A stretch of DNA of 64,000 nt from Candidatus Sulfomarinibacteraceae bacterium (GCA_963796455.1 CAWCLO010000008.1:89361-153360), one strand, 5' to 3'; positions 1 through 10,602 are shown, numbered from the stretch's first letter. Notes: a model not told the origin generated them from the letters alone. Made by a program: numbers and translations.

Positions 1-233
1 ACCATCACGATCTCGCCGCAATGATCGCGCATCTCGTGGATCAGCAACTCGGCCATCAGTGGTGAAGTGATCGAACCCGGGATGAAAAGATCCCAACCGA
101 GGTTGACCTTGAGCGCCACCTTGGCGCCGGCGGGTATGGCCTCCTTCCAGTCAGCTCTCTCGAGGGCGCGCCGGATGGCCGATCGCACGTCGGATCCGAC
201 CTTTTCTACTGCGACAACAGCCTGTTTTTCCAA
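1..233 (-). CDS. DUF362-like protein, N-terminal part (runs off window)
   Basis: Manual translation from TTG at 233 with GAGGAG SD gives MEKQAVVAVEKV...GAKVALKVNLGWDLFIPGSITSP; KVxLKxN pattern typical of DUF362. Confidence 0.6.
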   Translation of the reverse strand, partial: MEKQAVVAVEKVGSDVRSAIRRALERADWKEAIPAGAKVALKVNLGWDLFIPGSITSPLMAELLIHEMRDHCGEIVM

Positions 234-443
234 ATCATCTCCTCGCTCGGTTGGGTTCGACGAAAACCTTTTGATCGGGTTCTTCGGCGCGATCATGCCG
301 TGAAGTCGGGATGCAGGTCAAGGAAAACACCGCAGGATCAGAGGATAGTCCGGCAGCGGCGGGGAGGCAACGGCGCGAATCTGCGGGACGTGAGACACTG
401 CTGGAAATCGGGGGTAAGGGATGAAAAGCACGGGGGTTCAAAG

Positions 444-2110
444 ATGAAGAGATGGCAACTGGCGTGGATCGCGGTGGTTGTTGTCGGTCTTTTCATCAAT
501 CTCGGAGGATATGGACTGATCGAGCCCGACGAGGGCCGCAACGCCGAGGTCGCCCGAGAGATGGCCGCGACCAACGACTACGTTCTGCCCCATCTCAACG
601 GTCTGCCCTACCTCGACAAGCCGATTGTTTTTTTTGCAGCGGCGGCGGCCTCGATCGAGGTCTTCGGCGCCAACGAATGGGCGGTGCGGCTGGTGCCGTT
701 TTTCTTTGCGCTGGCGACGGCCTTTCTGGTCGGCTTTTTTGCCCTCCGGGTATTTGGTCCCGATGAGGCGTTTGTAGCCTTTGTGGCAACCGCCACAGCT
801 CCATTGGCTCTGGCGCTGTCACGGATCGTCATCATGGATTCCACCCTGAGCTTTTTTGTGGTGCTCAGTCTTGTCTCCTTCTACCCAGCAATCGAAGGCC
901 GTCGTCGGGCACTCCGGGAGAGGCTTCCGGCTCGCACCTGGATCGGCTGGACGCTTCTGGCATGGGCGGCGATGGCGGTCGGCGTGCTGACCAAGGGACC
1001 GGTGGCGCTGGCCGTGCCGTTGTTGGCGGCCGCTCCATATGCCGTCTGGCGCCGCGCTTCGCTGGCCGTGTGGCAGCCTCTGGGAGCGGTCCTCCTGGCG
1101 CTGATCGTGGCGCCGTGGGTCTGGGCCGTCTCCCTCGAGATTCCGAATTTCCTGGAATACGTGGTCCTCACCGAGACGGTTGCCCGAATGACCACCGATG
1201 AGCTCCGGAGATCGAATCCCTTCTGGTACTTCGTGCCGGTCCTCTTGGCGGGGACGTTCCCGTGGTCGCTGCTCGCGATCTCGAGTTTGCGGCGGAAGTC
1301 TGAGTCGCGGAAGAGCGACGCCGATCACCGGCGAGTGTACCTCTGGCTGTGGTTGCTGGTGCCCTTTGTTCTCTTCTCCATCTCGAGCGGCAAACAGGCG
1401 CAGTACGTGCTGCCGTTGGTGCCGGCGGTGGCGCTGCTGGCGGCTACCGGGAATTTGCCACGCACCATGGGGGCCCGAACGGCTGCCGTCGGGTGGGGGG
1501 CGCTCGGTCTGGTTTTCGTCATTGCCGCTGGTCTGGGCCTGCCCGGGGTCGATGCCGGGCCCGGTGAAATGGCAGTCGCCTCCCGAACTGCGCTCGCGAT
1601 CGGATTCATCGCGATCCTCGCGGGAGCCTTTGCCTGGTTCTTCAGCCCTCGCCGGGCGGCCGCGGTGGCGGCCCTGAGTGTGCCTCTTGTGCTTTTTCCG
1701 TTGGTCACGGCCCCTGCGATGGATCTGGTGGCGGGACAGCGTTCGGTCGAAGCCCTGGCCGACTCGATCGCAGGATCCTCGAGCAGGGCACCGAGGTCGT
1801 TGCGGTTGAGGCCTTTGCCGGAGGGCTCGCCTTCTACCTCGAACGGGAGATTCCGCTTCTGAGCGCCGACGGCGACGAACTGCGGAGCAACTACGTGGTG
1901 CGCAACGCCGAGCGCTGGCTCGGACCGGATGGGACGCTTCGGCCGGTGGAGAGCGCGATCTCAACCCTCGCTGATTGTGATCGACCCCGGGTCGTCGTGT
2001 TCAAGAAAACCAATACCGATTTCTTGACGACCGTCGAGGAGACCGGTCACCCTCTACTCGGCGAGAGCCGCAAACTGCTCGCATTCGGCCCGGCCTGCGG
2101 GCCGGAATGA
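444..2110 (+). CDS. ArnT/PMT-family (GT39/83) glycosyltransferase, one frameshift near 1775
   Basis: EPDEGRNAEVAREM, YLDKP and LTKGPVA motifs, many TM helices; C-terminus continues in the frame of ORF 1895..2110. Confidence 0.85.
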
Positions 2111-2196
2111 GAAGACGATAGGACTCCCTGTTCCGAGAATCTTGAGATGATGTGTTCGGATTCCTGATCTCAAACTCCCCCAAGGGGGCGCCGTGG

Positions 2197-3609
2197 TTAC
2201 GGATTCCCTCCTGCAGTGGAACTCCAGCGCCACAGGCTGCCCGGTCCGGCAGGGTTGAACCACTCGAAGTCGTCGCAGATATAACGCAGTGCTCGATGTC
2301 GCGACTGATGACGAATGGATGGTTGGTATTGGCGGGGTGCGGGACGCCGTCCCAGGTCAGGCTCCGCCAGTCGACGGCCAGCCGTCCGTACCATCCGTGG
2401 GCTCCGGGAAACTGTTGGTTGTTGTCGTTGTCCCAGGTGTTGTACTGAACCTGCGGGTCATCGATCCCGTCGCCGTCGTGATCAAACGCGTTCGGTCCGG
2501 TCACGACCCGCGCTTCGATACTCACACCCAGGTCGTCACCGCTCGCCACATCGCTGCCCCAGACCACGAGGAAACCCACGGGCCCGAGGTCGGCGATGCG
2601 CGGATGGGACTGGGTATCATCCGTCACCGTGTTGATCCGAAAATCGGGTCCGAGAGGCACGAGGTCGGCATCGAAGAGCCGGCCCCGGACCTCAGTGCCG
2701 GTTCCGGCGTCGTCTCCGCTATCTGCCCACACCACGAGCACGTTCCCGTTCCAGCCGATTGCCGCGTCGACTTCGGACACCTGGGCCGTTAACAACGTAC
2801 TGATCTGAAAGTCGTTGGCGAGCGCTGCGCCGCCGGCATTGAAACGGCGGCCCCACACGTCGCCATAGTCCTGCCACGTCGCCAGGAATCCGCCGTCCTG
2901 AAGCTCGGTCACCGAAGGGTAGCTCTGGCTGGTGCCGGTGTTCGAGTTGACCTGGAACTGGGCGCCGGGGATGCCTGCGGCATTCACCAGACAGCCCTCG
3001 ATGCTCCAATTGGTATCGCTGCCCGATGCCTGGTTGCTTTTCCACACCACCGCGAAACCACCGCCGCTGCCGTCAGGAGTTCGCAGCGCGGCCACATCGG
3101 CAAATGCGTTCGATGCTTCAAGTGTCGAGAGCGTGCTCAGGAGTTGCTCGGCGCCCACCGGATTGCCATCGGCGCCGAACGCCTGACTCCGGATCCTGAT
3201 CCGATTGACCCCGGGGGGGACCTGCTCCCAACTTTGGTAGATCACCAGGAAGGAGCCATCGGCCGACACCGCGACTCTGGCGAGTTGTTGTTGGGCTGCG
3301 GTTGTCGTATTGACCATCGCCGGATCTCCGAGGGGATTGCCTTCTGAATCCCACCGCCGCATGAACACCTCGGTGCTCACGAGCCCTGTACCGGCTGCGG
3401 ACCAGACATGGATGCGCCGACCCATGTTGTCGACCGCCACGTCGGGGTACACCGGACTGCCAGGCCAAACAGCATCGGGTCCGTCGATCCAGAGCTCGGG
3501 CCCAACGATATCGGGGAACGCGAGTTGAGCCTCTCCCTCCCGCAGGCCGAAAGCCCAGGTCAGACTCAATGGCCACGAATAGAACGCAGAGCACGAATGA
3601 TCTCTTCAT
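2197..3609 (-). CDS. Secreted repeat (beta-propeller-like) protein, frameshifts near 3565 and 2280
   Basis: Signal peptide MKRSFVLCVLFVA in ORF 3118..3609; repeats of (F/V)xVNT..Q..P.V....DG.F.V.W; C-terminus DDFE...W in ORF 2197..2394. Confidence 0.7.
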
Positions 3610-3955
3610 CTCGACTCTTCCCTTCTGTCGTCCCTCCCTGGACCTTGCCAGAAGAGGTTTCGGGACTTAGTGAATTGTGATAGTAGAAAGTGTTTGTGCG
3701 ATCACTATAACACCATCGAGACAAATCTCATGTTGATGTTCCTCAGAAGTGCCTCTGTAAGACGTCAAGGGTGATTATCTCGTCGTCGAGGCGAAGAGTT
3801 TGTCAAAGGTTCCCGGCGCTGCTTTGCAGAACTGCGAACTTCATGGTTCCTCATTTGCGACGAGATCGAGAGCTTTGGCATAAGAACTCTCTGCTCCCGG
3901 TCCCTGACCCCTCGACCTCCGCCCCACTTCGGGCTGTTCCTCCTATAATCCCTCC

Positions 3956-4852
3956 ATGCCAAACGTCGCTGCTTTTGCCGGTGTCGCCCGTGCTCCATTC
4001 CTGCTGTTGCCGCCGACCCTTGTGGCATCGGGTGCCGCTGCCGCGGCCTGGGACGGGAGCTTTTCGTGGGCTCGGACCCTGCTTGCCCTGGTCGGTCTGG
4101 TGACGCTGCACATGGCGGTCAACATCCTCAACGAGTGGAGCGACCTCCGGACCGGAATCGATTTCAACACGGAGCGAACACCCTTTTCCGGTGGCAGCGG
4201 CACGCTGCCCGCGGGTGGGATGAGCAGTCGTGCGGCCTTGATCTTCGGTCTTCTCTGTTCGGCCATCGGGCTCGCAATCGGAATCTGGTTCCTCGCCCAG
4301 GTGGGTTGGGTCCTGTTGCCGATCATTCTGGCGGGTGCGGTCTCGGTGCTTGCCTACACCGATCTTCTGGCCCGGATCGGCGTTGGTGAGGTGGCCGCCG
4401 GTTTCGGTCTCGGTGCCGGTCCCGTGATCGGCACCGCCCTGGTGCAAAATGGTAGCTGGAGCACCGCCGCGGCCTGGGCCGCGGTTCCGGCATTCTTGAT
4501 GACCTTCAATCTTCTCCTGCTCAACGAGTTTCCGGACGAAACCGCGGATCGCGAGGGTGGGCGGCGAAATCTCGTCATTCTGCTCGGTCGTCGAAATGCT
4601 TCGAGGGTCTACGCGCTGGCAGCTCTGTTGACCCCGACCTCCATCGTCGCTGCGGTGGTCCTTGGCGCCTTTCCCATCTTCTGCCTTATTGCAGCGCTGC
4701 CTTCGCTTTTGTTGTTGCAACCGCTGAAATGGGTCTTCGATGACGCCGCGCAGCCGGTCCCGATCCCTGCGCTGGGGTCAAATGTTGCGTGGAATCTGGC
4801 GACCAATACGGCGCTCGCAGCAAGCCTGCTGGCGGCCGTTCTGATGCTCTAG
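3956..4852 (+). CDS. menA: UbiA-family prenyltransferase, MenA-like
   Basis: NILNEWSDLRTGID and NEFPDETADREGGRRNL Asp-rich motifs, multi-TM. Confidence 0.75.
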   Translation: MPNVAAFAGVARAPFLLLPPTLVASGAAAAAWDGSFSWARTLLALVGLVTLHMAVNILNEWSDLRTGIDFNTERTPFSGGSGTLPAGGMSSRAALIFGLLCSAIGLAIGIWFLAQVGWVLLPIILAGAVSVLAYTDLLARIGVGEVAAGFGLGAGPVIGTALVQNGSWSTAAAWAAVPAFLMTFNLLLLNEFPDETADREGGRRNLVILLGRRNASRVYALAALLTPTSIVAAVVLGAFPIFCLIAALPSLLLLQPLKWVFDDAAQPVPIPALGSNVAWNLATNTALAASLLAAVLML

Positions 4853-4869
4853 GACCGGCGTTCATTTTC

Positions 4870-5124
4870 GTGGTTGCCCCGCCTCCGCGCCCGGATTGCA
4901 GCGACAGCGACGGCGTCCAGCGTCAGCGACAGGCAACAGCGAACAGGGACAGCGGTCAGTATTCAGCGACGGAGAGCAGCGGCAGCTGTCCGGAGTTCAT
5001 GCGGCGAAGTGGCCTCCTCCGGGTCGTTCAACAAAAGGGGTAGCCGTTGTGGTGCAGGCGTCTCGCCTGAACACCGTGCGGCCGAGACGGCCGCACCACC
5101 AAAGGCGGGGTCCCGAAGAAGTGG
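4870..5124 (+). repeat. Mosaic intergenic cassette copy A: CAGCGW array, 15-bp core CCTCCGGGTCGTTCA, REP-like doublet
   Basis: 4992-5124 is highly similar to the reverse complement of 8182-8314; 4870-5046 is similar to the reverse complement of 10144-10350. Confidence 0.85.
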
Positions 5125-5213
5125 AGTACTGTCCCCCGTCGCTGTCCCTGAACGCTTTCCGAGACTCTTTCTTGGACCAGAATGGTCCCGAGTCGATTTT
5201 TCGGATCGATGCC

Positions 5214-7490
5214 TCAGAACAGAAGCCGATATATCAACGATACGTCCCTGCCCGGCAGCGGCGCCTGGAATTTCAGAAACGATACGTGGTTGTAGGCTGC
5301 CTCGTCATTCAGGTTGCGGCCGCGCAGAATGAGTTCGTGCACGGTTGCTCCGGCAAAGATTTTGTAACCGAAGGCGGCGTTGAGCATGAAATAGCCCGGG
5401 GTCTGCGTTTCGTAATCGGCAACCTTCGTCTGTTCGTCCACCCACCATCCTTCGATTCGGGCGTCCCACCGTTGGTCGAGGTAGATCAGCGCCAGGCGTC
5501 CACGTCGCGGCGGAATCCGCGGCAGATATTCACCCGTGTCTTTGAAGTCGGCTTCGACCTGGTCGTAGGAAAAACCGAGGTGAAGGTGTCGGTCGGCGCC
5601 GTGTAGGATCTCGAAATGGCCGTGGACTTCGAAGCCCTTGAACTGGGCATCCTCTTGAGAAAACTGCAGGATTTCGAGACCATCGACCACCTCGCCGGTC
5701 TGGTCGAGATAGATGAAGTCGCGGAAGGTGGTGGCGAAGGCCGAAAGGGTTGCCTCGAAACGGTCATAGGTCGCCCGCAGTGAGAACTCGAGACCGGTGC
5801 CGACTTCCGGATCGAGGGTGGGATCGCCGATTTCGTAGGCGAAGGTGGCGAGGTGGGGGCCGTCGGAATAGAGCTCTTCGGGCGTCGGCGCCCGTTCGGG
5901 CCGGTTGACGGTGGCGCCGAGACTCCAGACCTGAGAAATATCCCACACCATACCGACCGAGGCCGTCCAGGTTTGAAAATCGCGATCGGGCAGGAGTGGA
6001 TCGGCCGACCGGGTGTCCTGGTTGTCCCAACGCAGACCGAACTGGAAGCCCACCGGATCGACATCGGTCTCCTGGAAGATATAGGCGCCCAGCTTGTCGG
6101 TGTCGGTGGGCTGGACAAAGGCCTCATCGCCGAATGCGGCGAATTCGCGGTTTGCATATTGCAGACCGAGAGTGCCCTCGAAACCGAGAAACGTTTGGTT
6201 GACGAAATCCAGACGGGCCTCGGTCCACTCGTTTTGAAAAACCGTTCCGATCTGCTCACCCTCGATCTCCGAATGTTGGTAGTCGCGCCATCCGGCCTTG
6301 AATCGAAGCTCCGTAAAACCAGCAAAGGGATTGTCGAGGCGGCTGTGCAGGTCAACGCGCTTTTGCTCGAGTTCAGAGTGAACCCCCGTTTCCCCGTCGT
6401 CGTGGTCCGAGGCTTTTTCTTCGTGGTGGTGATGTCCGGGGATTCCAAAATCGGTGTCGTAGCCGCCGACTGCGATGCCGATGTAACCCCTTTCAGCGAC
6501 GTAGGAGACACCGACGGTCGAACCCTGAGCCCTGGTCCAAGAATTCTCGACTGTGCCGGTCTCGAGTTCTTCCTCGTGCCCGTCATGCTGTTCTTCTTCG
6601 TTCTGGCTTTCGAGGCGGGGCGCCGGACTCGAGTAGTCGTCCTGATCGCGAGCATAGAGATCGAGATGAAAGGCCCAGTTTCCGAAGCCGCCATCGAGCT
6701 TCGCGGCGCCGGCCGTCTTGTCGGAATTGGATCCGTATTCGAGCTGGATCGCGCCGGTAATCGGAGCGGTGACGGGGCGATCCGGGACACGACCGTCGAG
6801 CACGTTGACGACGCCACCAATAGCATTGGCACCCCACAAAACCGTCGCGGGCCCTCGTACCACCTCCACCTGTTCGGCGGCGAGTGGATCGGTGGCCACC
6901 GCATGGTCGGGTCCAACGGAGGCAACGTCACCGGTGTCGAGGCCGTTCTCGAGGATGCGGATGCGGTCCTCGCCGAGACCGCGGATCACGGGCCGGCTCG
7001 ATCCCTGACCATAGGTTGTGGCGGTAACACCTGGTTGCTGGGCCAGGGTCTCACCGAGGGTCGATTGTTTGCGCAATTCGAGTTCCATACCGGTCAACAC
7101 ATCGACCGGGTTGACCACTTCATCGAGACCGCGCGCGACGCCTGAGGCGGTTACCGAAATGCGCCCGGCGTGAACCATCTGATCGAGAATGATCTCGTGG
7201 ACCTCGATCGATCCCGCGATGACCTTGAATCGTCGCACGGCGCCGCCGAATCGTTGTGAAGCGACGTGGACCAGATATTCTCCCGGAACCATATCCTTGA
7301 ATAGAAAGCGGCCGTCATCGTCGCTGACGGTATCCCGCCGGATTTCGGGCAGGCTCACCGTGGCGCCGGCCACCGGATCGCCGCCGGCCGAAAGTACCGT
7401 GCCGGCGAACTGTGTCCTCTCGTCGGCGGTTGCAAGCAATGGTGCGACCATCAATATGGCCGCCCAAACGAGGCTTTTGAAATTGTTCAC
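5214..7490 (-). CDS. TonB-dependent receptor, ZnuD-like metal uptake
   Basis: Signal peptide, carboxypeptidase-regulatory-like domain, plug motifs RPVIRGL and EVVRGP, His/acidic loops (GHHHHEEK), C-terminal Phe; GGAGGAG SD. Confidence 0.9.
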   Translation of the reverse strand: MNNFKSLVWAAILMVAPLLATADERTQFAGTVLSAGGDPVAGATVSLPEIRRDTVSDDDGRFLFKDMVPGEYLVHVASQRFGGAVRRFKVIAGSIEVHEIILDQMVHAGRISVTASGVARGLDEVVNPVDVLTGMELELRKQSTLGETLAQQPGVTATTYGQGSSRPVIRGLGEDRIRILENGLDTGDVASVGPDHAVATDPLAAEQVEVVRGPATVLWGANAIGGVVNVLDGRVPDRPVTAPITGAIQLEYGSNSDKTAGAAKLDGGFGNWAFHLDLYARDQDDYSSPAPRLESQNEEEQHDGHEEELETGTVENSWTRAQGSTVGVSYVAERGYIGIAVGGYDTDFGIPGHHHHEEKASDHDDGETGVHSELEQKRVDLHSRLDNPFAGFTELRFKAGWRDYQHSEIEGEQIGTVFQNEWTEARLDFVNQTFLGFEGTLGLQYANREFAAFGDEAFVQPTDTDKLGAYIFQETDVDPVGFQFGLRWDNQDTRSADPLLPDRDFQTWTASVGMVWDISQVWSLGATVNRPERAPTPEELYSDGPHLATFAYEIGDPTLDPEVGTGLEFSLRATYDRFEATLSAFATTFRDFIYLDQTGEVVDGLEILQFSQEDAQFKGFEVHGHFEILHGADRHLHLGFSYDQVEADFKDTGEYLPRIPPRRGRLALIYLDQRWDARIEGWWVDEQTKVADYETQTPGYFMLNAAFGYKIFAGATVHELILRGRNLNDEAAYNHVSFLKFQAPLPGRDVSLIYRLLF

Positions 7491-7563
7491 GATCTCCTCC
7501 GCGATAGGCGCTCACCGTCCGATATGAACGGCGGTCCGACAGTGGTCTGGGTGCTTCCTGCTG

Positions 7564-7923
7564 TCAGGTGGTCGCTGGAGGGCCGCGGAAGGGATGGTGC
7601 CAACGGTGAGGGATGGCATCGATGATTTCGGTTGTGGAGGCGGTTTGTCTGGAACCTTCGGCCACGACGATCTTGGCCCCCGCCACTTCAATTGAAAAGG
7701 CCAAACCGTGACTGGCACACGCAAGACATGGGGCGTGCGCTCCGAGTTCCTCATCGCTCTTGATGTGTGAACAGGACGGCGCGGAGCAATCGTGGCTGTC
7801 GCATTGATCGAGAGAGACACTCACCGTGGCGTGATCGTGGGGTAGCACGAGCAGCACGCCCTCGAGGGCCACTGCGGCGATCAGCAGTGTCAGGAGTATG
7901 CAGTGAATGCTTCGTTTCGTCAT
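7564..7923 (-). CDS. DUF2946-like (CruR/CutF-type) leader protein with CxxC and C-terminal RGPP
   Basis: N-terminal hydrophobic segment, His/Cys-rich, CLAC, ends HRWHHPFRGPPATT, directly upstream of the receptor. Confidence 0.75.
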   Translation of the reverse strand: MTKRSIHCILLTLLIAAVALEGVLLVLPHDHATVSVSLDQCDSHDCSAPSCSHIKSDEELGAHAPCLACASHGLAFSIEVAGAKIVVAEGSRQTASTTEIIDAIPHRWHHPFRGPPATT

Positions 7924-8181
7924 CTGTGGGCTTAACCTACCAGCTCCGTGGTTTCATTTCCAGGCTGGAACTCTATGGCACCGTGCCACGCCAGGAAACC
8001 TGATACTGATCGGTGGGTGAATCGAGCATCCAGTATCACTCTTGTCCCAGACAGAGTCTCAGACAGCGACCGGGGACAGGGACGGGGAACGGCGGACAAC
8101 GTCAGGGAACAGGAGCCTGCGGCGGCGTTCAGTCATCAGCGACAGCCATCAGCGGCAGGGACTGTGACCGCGAATGGCACG

Positions 8182-8400
8182 CCACTTCTTCGGGACCCCG
8201 GCTTTTGTGGTGTGGCCGTCTCGGCCGCACGGCGTGCAGGCGAGACGCCTGCACCACAACGGCTACCCCTTCTGTTGAACGACCCGGAGGTGGCCACGCC
8301 GTCGCCTGGACTCCTGATCGCAGCCGCTGGAAACTGAACGCTGCCCCTGATCGCCGACCGCTGATCCCTGACGCTGCTAACTGTCGCTGCCGCTGCAATT
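8182..8400 (-). repeat. Mosaic cassette copy B, inverted relative to copy A
   Basis: Core at 8276-8290; REP-like doublet at about 8207-8258; GCTG-type array at about 8320-8400. Confidence 0.85.
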
Positions 8401-8465
8401 CGGGATCGGGATCGGACGCGGGGCAGTCACAAACCGGAAATGCCGAAAATCAACCCTCTCCGTGG

Positions 8466-9680
8466 TCACCTTCTGCTCGACTTCTTCGAATCACCGACTG
8501 CCACGAGACGGTTCCGACCGGAATTCTTGGCTCGATATAAAGCGCGGTCTGCGGCCCGAAGGACGCTTTCAGCAGTCGGGCGGCGCGAATCGGGCCCCGC
8601 CAGCCCGATGCTCACCGAGACGCTGATCAACCGCGGAGGGCGGCTCTTCAGTTTTGCCTGCGTGGGTTTTTTTCGCGGTCGGTCGGGCGCACGGATGGCG
8701 AACTTCCGGTCGGCGATCGATGACCTGACCTTTTCCAACGGCTCTCGGGCCTCAGCGGGCGGCGTTGTGGGGAAGACGACAGCGAATTCCTCGCCGCCGT
8801 AGCGATACGAACGTCCGCCGCCGCTGACCTTTTGCAGCTCTGCGGCAACCATGCGCAGGGCCTGGTCGCCGGCGCTGTGACCGTGGCGATCGTTGAACTT
8901 CTTGAAGTGATCAACATCGACCATGGCGAGGGCATAGCTTCCGTTCAAGGTGCTCAGGACTTCGTCGAGGGCCCGCCGGCCGGGAAGACCGGTGAGCTCG
9001 TCATGGTAGGCGAGACGATAAGAATCCTCGACCAGGCCGAGCAAAAGCACTAATTGAGCTGCTGTGAACGCGAGGGTTGCGGCGTGGACGCCGTGACCAC
9101 CGAGGAGGGCCAGTGCGGTGGCCGCCAGCACCCACAGGAGGGAGCCTTCGAAGACGCCCCTGCGGGCCGCAAAGGCCAGTGCGATGAATGCTCCGGCAAT
9201 GAGAAAAGTGAGTCGAGCGACATCGGGGGTGGCGAACAGTGCGCCGATTCCCCGCAAGGGTCCGCCATCCGCGACGACCGCGGGCGTGGCACCGAGCGCA
9301 TGTGCAAAGATGGCAAGCAGCATCACGATAACGATGGATGACAGGATCATCACGTGGGTGATCGGGCGTTCTGGAAGCAGGGCCAACACGGCCAGACAGA
9401 CCGGCACCAAAAAAGCGAGAGCGACAACACCTGGGCCGGGCGGGTTGAAGGCCAGAGGTCCTCGTATCAGGAAATTTGCCAGCGCCAGCAGCAGGGCCGC
9501 CACTGCCAGCCGGCCGCGTCGGAATCGCCATGCGAGTACGAGAAGAAGCAGCGCCAGGAACTCGGCCAATACATCGGTGACGGCGTGGTAGGCATCTGAA
9601 AAACCGTACAGACCGAGCACCCAGGCCGCCAGTACCGGCACCCCACCGGCGACTACTGTGATCGTACCGGCACCCCTCAC
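8466..9680 (-). CDS. Membrane-bound diguanylate cyclase (GGDEF)
   Basis: HDELTGLPGRR, DVDHFKKFND and RYGGEEF motifs; multi-TM N-terminus; GTG at 9680 chosen because the upstream extension is repeat DNA. Confidence 0.9.
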   Translation of the reverse strand: MRGAGTITVVAGGVPVLAAWVLGLYGFSDAYHAVTDVLAEFLALLLLVLAWRFRRGRLAVAALLLALANFLIRGPLAFNPPGPGVVALAFLVPVCLAVLALLPERPITHVMILSSIVIVMLLAIFAHALGATPAVVADGGPLRGIGALFATPDVARLTFLIAGAFIALAFAARRGVFEGSLLWVLAATALALLGGHGVHAATLAFTAAQLVLLLGLVEDSYRLAYHDELTGLPGRRALDEVLSTLNGSYALAMVDVDHFKKFNDRHGHSAGDQALRMVAAELQKVSGGGRSYRYGGEEFAVVFPTTPPAEAREPLEKVRSSIADRKFAIRAPDRPRKKPTQAKLKSRPPRLISVSVSIGLAGPDSRRPTAESVLRAADRALYRAKNSGRNRLVAVGDSKKSSRR

Positions 9681-9700
9681 AGTCTCATTGTAGTGGAGGC

Positions 9701-9770
9701 ACGGAGAAAGCGGGAAAGGGAGAAGAGGGGAAAGGGGGAAAGGGAGAAGGGGAGAAAGGGAGAAAGGGAG
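9701..9770 (+). repeat. Octamer tandem repeat (GGGAGAAA-like)
   Basis: gggagaaggggagaaagggagaaaggg seen directly. Confidence 0.85.
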
Positions 9771-9927
9771 ATCGCCCCCCGGCCGATCCCAGATACTCGA
9801 TGCTGGATGCTCGATCACTCTTGCCCAAGACAGCGTCGGCGAATTGGGGGCAGGGACAGGCAACAGCAAACTGGGACAGCGTCAGCGAACAGGAGTCAGC
9901 GGCAGGGACAGCGACAGCGAGCAGCAC

Positions 9928-10043
9928 TCACCTCTTCGGGTGCAAGAGCCGCCAGGTCATCGCACGGACTTGATCGCGATCCCTGCTGCTTCGAGGGCCT
10001 TCGAGTGGGCAACGAGGTTTGAGTTCGTGGCGGCGTTGGACAT
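9928..10043 (-). pseudogene. Internally deleted four-helix-bundle (23S rRNA IVP-like) gene remnant
   Basis: GGAGG SD and ATG at 10043 give MSNAATNSNLVAHSKALEAAGIAI, fused at GATC to an out-of-frame C-terminus DQVRAMTWRLLHPKR-stop; family recognised from memory only. Confidence 0.5.
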
Positions 10044-10044
10044 G

Positions 10045-10350
10045 GTCACCTCCGGGTCGTTCATGCCCATACCCACAAGCCGGTGTGGTGGCTGATGTCA
10101 AGGATGCCCTGCACCCTGCCTGTCCTTGACATCGGCCGCCCACCGGCTATACCCCTTCCTTTGAACGACCCGGAGGTGCCACTGCGTCGCCTGAACTCCA
10201 GACTGCTGCCGCTGCGCTCCGTCGCTGAACACTGACCGCTGTCCCTGTTCGCTGTTGCCTGTCGCTGACGCTGACGCTGACGCTGACGCTGGACACCGCC
10301 GCTGTCGATGTCGCTGTAATTCGGATTCGGACTCGGACACGGGCAACCAC
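10045..10350. repeat. Palindromic unit (cores at 10049-10063 and 10162-10176 around a hairpin) plus cassette copy C with GCTGAC array
   Basis: Inverted cores; inner palindrome gatgtcaagga...tccttgacatc; (GCTGAC)n at 10264-10291. Confidence 0.85.
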
Positions 10351-10602
10351 TAACCGGATATGCCAAAAACCAACCCGTAAACCACGTGTTGTCGGGTGGG
10401 AAACTTTAGGTGACGATCTTTTTCGACAGCAGTGATCCTGGATGCTCGATCACTCTTGTCCAAGACAGCGTCTCGGATAGCTATCAGGGGCAGCGGCAGC
10501 GGTCAGGAGTCCTTGCGGCGGAGTGATGAAGATCTTCGATCGGAACTCCGAGCTCCGAACTCTGAATCTTTCAAGAGCGGCCTGCGGTTTGTCGGTCCTT
10601 TG

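Noticed and set aside
4874..5606. ORFs beginning MQRQR or similar at 4896, 8129 and 10098
   Set aside because: They are translations of the repeat cassette, not proteins.
9681..9869. N-terminal extension of the GGDEF ORF with PLSPLLPF repeats
   Set aside because: It is a translation of the intergenic octamer array.
9928..10043. Diversity-generating retroelement (Avd-like remnant)
   Set aside because: No reverse transcriptase and no TR/VR pair with adenine-specific mismatches in the window.
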